Shown here: in pieces, positions 59,045 to 64,000 of the stretch
Numbering within the stretch: position 1 is the stretch's first letter
How the letters are laid out: each line of letters begins with the position of its first letter
Source: an uncultured Nitrospiraceae bacterium
Lineage (GTDB): Bacteria; Nitrospirota; Thermodesulfovibrionia; Thermodesulfovibrionales; SM23-35
Direction of reading: 5' to 3'
DNA: 64,000 nucleotides
Assembly: GCA_963727775.1 (NCBI GenBank)
Contig: CAVSHB010000004.1
Span: 192,001 to 256,000, forward strand
The notes under the pieces: generated by a model
Database searches by the model: none
What the model saw: only the letters and a program-made list of their open reading frames with translations
What the model was told of the DNA's origin: nothing
Made by a program: the position numbers and the translations under genes

Positions 59045-60221
59045 AAGGTTTGGTGTCCACTATTGACATCCGAGGTCATTCTACCTGCTTCCAATATCTC
59101 TTATTGCTTGGTCTGCAAACAGGAAAACGAGTATATTGATGTGCGTTATAAGCGCGGCAATCGAGTTTGTGGCCAATTCTGCTGCAGGACGAACTTATTC
59201 TCATTATCTTATTGCCTTCTGGAACAGTATGATGTTACTTAGCTTCTTTCTCACATATGTTCTTGTTTTGTTAACAATGAGGACGGAATATAAAGCGAAA
59301 GTAAACCTCATAGATAAACTCGATAATGCGCTTTCAGAACTCGACCTCGCCAAAAAAGACTTGGAGCAAAAGGCACAGGAGTTGGCAAGGTCCAATGATG
59401 ATTTAAAGGAATTTGCTTATGCCATTTCACACGATCTGAAAGAGCCTTTGCGTGTCATTGATGGGTTTGTAAAATTGTTGGCGAAGCGCTATAAAGGCAA
59501 CCTGTCTTCCGATGCTGACAATTTCATAGAATATACCGTTGACGGTGTTAAAAGGATGCAGTTGATGATCAAAGACCTGTTGGAATATTCGCTGGTTGGA
59601 ACAAAAATCGAGGATTTGGAACCAACTGACAGCACACTTGTTATCGAACAGGACCTTCTAAATCTCCAGACAGCTATCGAGGAAAGTGGCGCAGAAGTCA
59701 CCTATGACCCTCTCCCCAAGGTAATGGCTGACGCCTCACAATTGACGAGATTATTCCAGAACCTGATCGGGAATGCCATCAAGTTTCGCGGTAAGGAGGC
59801 ACTAAAAATTCATATTTCATCCGAACAAAGAGATAATGAATGGATCTTTTCTGTTCGGGACAATGGTATCGGAATAGATCGCGATCATTTTGGTAGAATA
59901 TTTGTCATTTTCCAGCGTCTTCATACAAGAGAGGAATATGACGGTACTGGCATAGGCCTCGCGATCTGCAAAAAAATTGTGGAACGGCACGGCGGTCGTA
60001 TTTGGGTTGAGTCTGAAACTGGAAAGGGAGCAACATTTTACTTCACAATCCCAACAGATAGTACTACCTAAATCATTCTTCTTCGGGAAAGTTGACTCCG
60101 CAGGAATTATTTGTATACTTATGATATAAAAGCATCGCTTCCGTAAACCGACACTCTACGTGAAGGAAGGCTTTAGAGATTTCGGCGAGAATTCAAGACC
60201 TATAGTATTCTTAGTGAGAGG

Positions 60222-61436
60222 ATGACCAAAATGGCTACTGAAGAACTTAAAGAAAACGAAGTAGAGCGAAAGCCCCGTCTCGCGGCCTCGCGTAAGCTCT
60301 GGTGGATCTGGCTGACGGTTGTTTGTCTTGTCGCCGTCGGGTTCTATTTTTATTTCGCTAAAGCGCCGGCTCGCTCCGCCAAGCAAGGTCCAAACGTTCG
60401 CACCGTCCCTGTAGTAACGGTTCCAGCGAAAAAGGGCGATATCAGAATCTATCTAAGCGGGCTCGGCTCGGTAACGCCGCTTAATACCGTCACAGTCAAG
60501 AGCAGAGTTGACGGACAACTGATGAAGGTCCTTTTCCGTGAGGGTCAGATCGTCAACTCCGGAGATCTGCTGGCCGAAATAGACCCTCGGCCCTTTGAGG
60601 TGCAGTTGGCCCAGGCTGAGGGACAAATGGCCCGCGACCAGGCGCTGCTGAAAAACGCGGTGCTCGATCTGAAACGCTATCAGGTGTTATCTGAGCAGGA
60701 TTCGATCTCTAAGCAGCAGTTGGATACGCAAGAGGCGCTGGTGCGTCAGTATGAAGGAGCCGTTAAAGTGGACCAGGGACAAATCGATAATGCCAAGCTG
60801 CAGATCGTTTACTGTGGTATCACCGCACCGATTAGTGGACGAGTGGGGCTGCGCTTGGTGGACCCCGGCAATATCATTCACGCAACCGATACAAACGGGT
60901 TGATTGTGATCACGCAACTCCAACCTATCACGATAATTTTTTCGATTCCCGAGGACAACCTGACAGAGGTGTTACGCAAGCTTAAGGCAAGCCAGCGCAT
61001 ACCGGTGGAGGCTTTTAATCGTGAGCAAAATCAAAAAATCGCTTCCGGATACTTGCTTACAATCGACAATCAGATCGATCCGACAACCGGTACGGTCCGT
61101 CTCAAGGCAATGTTTCCAAATAAGGAGAATGAACTTTTCCCTAACCAATTCGTCAACGCCCTTCTTCTTCTGGACACGAAACATGGAACCACTATTGTGC
61201 CGCAAGCCGCAATACAGCGGAGCCCAAAGGGGGCATTCGTGTATGTAGTGAAGTCCGATCAGACAGCGGAGGTGCGGCCGGTCGGTGTGGGACCATCTGA
61301 GGGAGACGATATCTCCATAGACAAAGGGCTGTCGCCCGGTGAAATGGTCGTTGTGGAAGGCGCGGACAGACTGCGAGAGGGCAGCAAGGTCGAACTTCAA
61401 AGTCAGGCGCAAAACAAACCCCGCAAAGCCAAGTAG
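60222..61436 (+). CDS. mdtA: RND efflux periplasmic adaptor, MdtA/MuxA type
   Basis: [63 protein letters not shown]. Confidence 0.9.
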   Translation: MTKMATEELKENEVERKPRLAASRKLWWIWLTVVCLVAVGFYFYFAKAPARSAKQGPNVRTVPVVTVPAKKGDIRIYLSGLGSVTPLNTVTVKSRVDGQLMKVLFREGQIVNSGDLLAEIDPRPFEVQLAQAEGQMARDQALLKNAVLDLKRYQVLSEQDSISKQQLDTQEALVRQYEGAVKVDQGQIDNAKLQIVYCGITAPISGRVGLRLVDPGNIIHATDTNGLIVITQLQPITIIFSIPEDNLTEVLRKLKASQRIPVEAFNREQNQKIASGYLLTIDNQIDPTTGTVRLKAMFPNKENELFPNQFVNALLLLDTKHGTTIVPQAAIQRSPKGAFVYVVKSDQTAEVRPVGVGPSEGDDISIDKGLSPGEMVVVEGADRLREGSKVELQSQAQNKPRKAK

Positions 61437-61450
61437 ATGAATACAGACAG

Positions 61451-64000
61451 ATGAATCCTTCGCGTACCTTCATAGTGCGGCCGGTGGCAACCACGCTGCT
61501 GATGGCCGCCATTCTTCTGGCCGGCGCCGTGGCATACCGACTGTTGCCTGTCTCGGCCTTACCGCAGGTGGATTACCCGACGATCCAGGTCGTGACTTTT
61601 TATCCGGGCGCAAGCCCGGACGTCGCCGCCTCGTCCATCACTGCGCCGCTGGAGCGCCAGTTCGGGCAGATGCCGGGACTAAGACAGATGACATCCACAA
61701 GTTCCGGCGGAAGTTCGGTAATCACTCTGCAATTCAGTCTCGACCTAAGCCTCGATGTCGCAGAACAGGAAGTGCAGGCAGCCATCAATGCCGCAACCAC
61801 ATTTCTTCCTCGGGACCTGCCGAACCCTCCCGTCTACAGCAAGGTTAACCCCGCAGATGCGCCGATTCTGACCCTGGCGCTGACTTCAGACACTTTGCCC
61901 TTGCCTCAGATAGAAGACCTATCGGACACAAGGCTCGCGCAGAAGATATCCCAGCTTTCCGGCGTGGGGCTTGTCAGTATCAGCGGCGGGCAGAGACCGG
62001 CGGTCAGGGTACAAGCAAACCCCACGGTCCTTGCTGCCTATGGACTTACACTTGAAGACATGCGCACGGCCCTCTCGGCGGCAAACGTTAATCAGGCCAA
62101 GGGCGGTTTCGACGGTTCCCGACAGTCCTCCATCATCGGGGCAAACGATCAGCTCCTTTCGAGCAAAGAATACAGGCCTCTGGTTGTCGCATATCGCAAT
62201 AACGCACCGGTATTGTTGTCTGATGTGGCTACTGTCATTGATGATGCGGAAAACGTGAAGCAGGCGGCCTGGATGAACGATGCCCCTGCGGTCATAGTGA
62301 ACATACAGCGGCAGCCCGGCACCAATGTCATAGAAGTCGTAGACCGCGTTAAGAGGCTGCTGCCTCAGTTGCAGAGCTCGTTGCCTTCCGCAGTACAGGT
62401 ATCCATTCTTACGGACCGGACCACAACCATTCGGGCGTCGGTCAAAGACGTAGAGTTTGAGTTGATGGTGGCGGTGGCGCTGGTCGTGATGGTAATCTTT
62501 TTGTTTCTTCGAACATTGGCGGCAACATCTATCCCCAGTATCGCAGTCCCCTTGTCCCTCATCGGCACTTTCGGAATAATGTATCTTGTGGGGTTCAGCC
62601 TGAATAACCTCTCGCTGATGGCGCTTACGATCGCGACGGGCTTTGTGGTCGATGACGCGATTGTTATGATCGAAAATATCGCACGATACATAGAACAGGG
62701 AGACCCCCCTCTTCAGGCCGCGCTCAAAGGTTCGGAGCAGATAGCCTTTACCATCATGTCCCTGACCGTCTCTCTCGTGGCGGTGCTCATTCCGCTGCTC
62801 TTTATGGCAGACGTGGTGGGACGGCTGTTCCGCGAATTTGCAATAACCCTCGGGGTCACGATTGTCATCTCGGCGGTAGTGTCGCTTACTCTTACTCCGA
62901 TGATGTGCGCAAGGCTTCTGAAACACAAGCCTGAAGAGCAGCAGAAAAAGCTCTTTCGAATATCGCAGCGGCTTTTTGACCGGGCCATTGAGTTATATGG
63001 AAAGACGCTGAAATGGGTGCTTCAGCATCAGACTTCCACGTTGCTGGTCGCTGTGGGAACTCTGATCCTCACGGTATTTCTCTACATGGTAGTGCCCAAA
63101 GGTTTCTTCCCTGTTCAGGATACAGGGCTTATCATGGGGATTTCCGAAGCGCCGCAATGGACGTCGTTTACCGCAATGGCGGAGCAACAGCAGGCGCTCA
63201 GCAGAGTGATCCTGAAAGACCCTGCGGTCAAGAGTCTATCCACATTTATCGGAGTGGACGGCACGAACACAACCCTCAACAGCGGACGGGTACTCATTAA
63301 CCTGAAGCCGATCGAAGAACGAAAAATGAGCGCGAGCGATATCATACGCCGGATCCAGCCGGCAGTTGCGAAACTCAGAGGGATCACGCTTTACATGCAG
63401 CCGGTGCAGGACCTTACGGTCGAGAGTCGGGTGAGCAAGACCCAATACCAGTACAGCCTCGAAGACCCGGACCTCAGCGAGCTGAATGGCTGGACCCCCA
63501 GGGTTGTCGACGCCCTGCGCAGGCTTCCGGAGCTTCGTGATGTGAGCAGCGACCAGCAGGACCAGGGCCTGCGTGCTTCAGTGGTTATCGACCGGACCAC
63601 GGCATCACGATTAGGGATCACTCCCCAACTCATTGACGACACCCTTTACGACGCCTTCGGGCAGCGTCAGGTTTCTACTATGTTCACGCAGTTGAACCAG
63701 TACCGCCTCATTTTGGAGGTAAAACCTGAATTCAAGCAGAACCCCGGCAAACTGAAAGATATCTACATCCGCAGCTCAGGCGGGGGACAGGTGCCGTTGG
63801 GCGCTGTCACACGCACAGCAGAGACCACTGGACCGCTTATCATAAGCCATCAGGGGCAGTTTCCGGCAACGAATATATCGTTCAATCTGGCGCCGGGGGA
63901 GTCGCTCGGCAAGGCGATAAAGGAGATCGATTCGACCACGCAGAAGATGGGGATGCCCGCAAGTATCCGCAGCAGTTTTCAGGGCACAGCCAAGGCGTTT
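61451..64000 (+). CDS. mdtB: RND efflux inner-membrane subunit, MdtB/MuxB type (runs off the window)
   Basis: Hand translation [47 protein letters not shown]...; [15 protein letters not shown]. Confidence 0.9.
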   Translation, partial: MNPSRTFIVRPVATTLLMAAILLAGAVAYRLLPVSALPQVDYPTIQVVTFYPGASPDVAASSITAPLERQFGQMPGLRQMTSTSSGGSSVITLQFSLDLSLDVAEQEVQAAINAATTFLPRDLPNPPVYSKVNPADAPILTLALTSDTLPLPQIEDLSDTRLAQKISQLSGVGLVSISGGQRPAVRVQANPTVLAAYGLTLEDMRTALSAANVNQAKGGFDGSRQSSIIGANDQLLSSKEYRPLVVAYRNNAPVLLSDVATVIDDAENVKQAAWMNDAPAVIVNIQRQPGTNVIEVVDRVKRLLPQLQSSLPSAVQVSILTDRTTTIRASVKDVEFELMVAVALVVMVIFLFLRTLAATSIPSIAVPLSLIGTFGIMYLVGFSLNNLSLMALTIATGFVVDDAIVMIENIARYIEQGDPPLQAALKGSEQIAFTIMSLTVSLVAVLIPLLFMADVVGRLFREFAITLGVTIVISAVVSLTLTPMMCARLLKHKPEEQQKKLFRISQRLFDRAIELYGKTLKWVLQHQTSTLLVAVGTLILTVFLYMVVPKGFFPVQDTGLIMGISEAPQWTSFTAMAEQQQALSRVILKDPAVKSLSTFIGVDGTNTTLNSGRVLINLKPIEERKMSASDIIRRIQPAVAKLRGITLYMQPVQDLTVESRVSKTQYQYSLEDPDLSELNGWTPRVVDALRRLPELRDVSSDQQDQGLRASVVIDRTTASRLGITPQLIDDTLYDAFGQRQVSTMFTQLNQYRLILEVKPEFKQNPGKLKDIYIRSSGGGQVPLGAVTRTAETTGPLIISHQGQFPATNISFNLAPGESLGKAIKEIDSTTQKMGMPASIRSSFQGTAKAF

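Larger units (their letters stand above)
57805..59078 (+). mobile_element. IS3-family insertion sequence, copy 2
   Basis: Same ends as copy 1; 3-bp TSD TTC (57802-57804, 59079-59081). Confidence 0.95.
57661..60071 (+). pseudogene. Membrane sensor histidine kinase (DUF4118-like sensor + HisKA/HATPase), interrupted by IS3
   Basis: 48 codons 57661-57804 (...GAVDYVTGSELSVVVF) join in frame to YLLPISLIAW... and ORF 59136..60071 (SHDLKEPLR, QNLIGNAIKF, DNGIG, GTGIGL). Confidence 0.88.

Noticed and set aside
22776..59078. Composite transposon bounded by the two direct IS3 copies
   Set aside because: Each copy interrupts its own gene, whose halves rejoin in frame, and the outer flanks (GTA, TTC) do not match; these are independent insertions.
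61600..63642. Several ORF-track entries (e.g. 61919..62926 minus)
   Set aside because: All overlap mdtB, which the track missed because it has no stop in the window.

Overview
Bacterial window, probably from an anaerobe (Nitrospirota/Desulfobacterota-like gene content; taxonomy is my inference). 1-13.5 kb (minus): Wood-Ljungdahl carbonyl-branch operon acsE-acsD-acsC-acsB-acsA(cooS), then nuoE-like, two tandem NuoF/HydB-like flavoproteins each fused to a C-terminal CBS pair, and a further Fe-S protein. acsB and acsD each carry a +1 frameshift, and three intergenic gaps hold palindromic elements (REP doublets and a ~190-bp IS200/IS605-type non-autonomous element). 13.8-22.2 kb: core genes (lipoprotein, rimP, nusA, recG, pilD, histidine kinase, membrane-fused spermidine-synthase-like). 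22.5-41.5 kb: AT-rich island with four TPR-GT41 (OGT/SPINDLY-like) glycosyltransferases, a TPR-GT, a GT2 and methyltransferases, hit by IS3 and two IS256 copies. 41.7-43.6 kb: IS110-family element whose 3' non-coding end folds into a two-loop bridge/seek-type RNA; its loop sequences match the element's own target and donor junctions (AG core), and the ends form a consensus-like promoter on circularisation. 43.9-60 kb: c-di-GMP/two-component signalling genes, ISL3, tolQ-tolR-TonB-like genes and a second IS3 splitting a sensor kinase. 60.2-64 kb: mdtA and partial mdtB. No rRNA, tRNA or CRISPR array seen.
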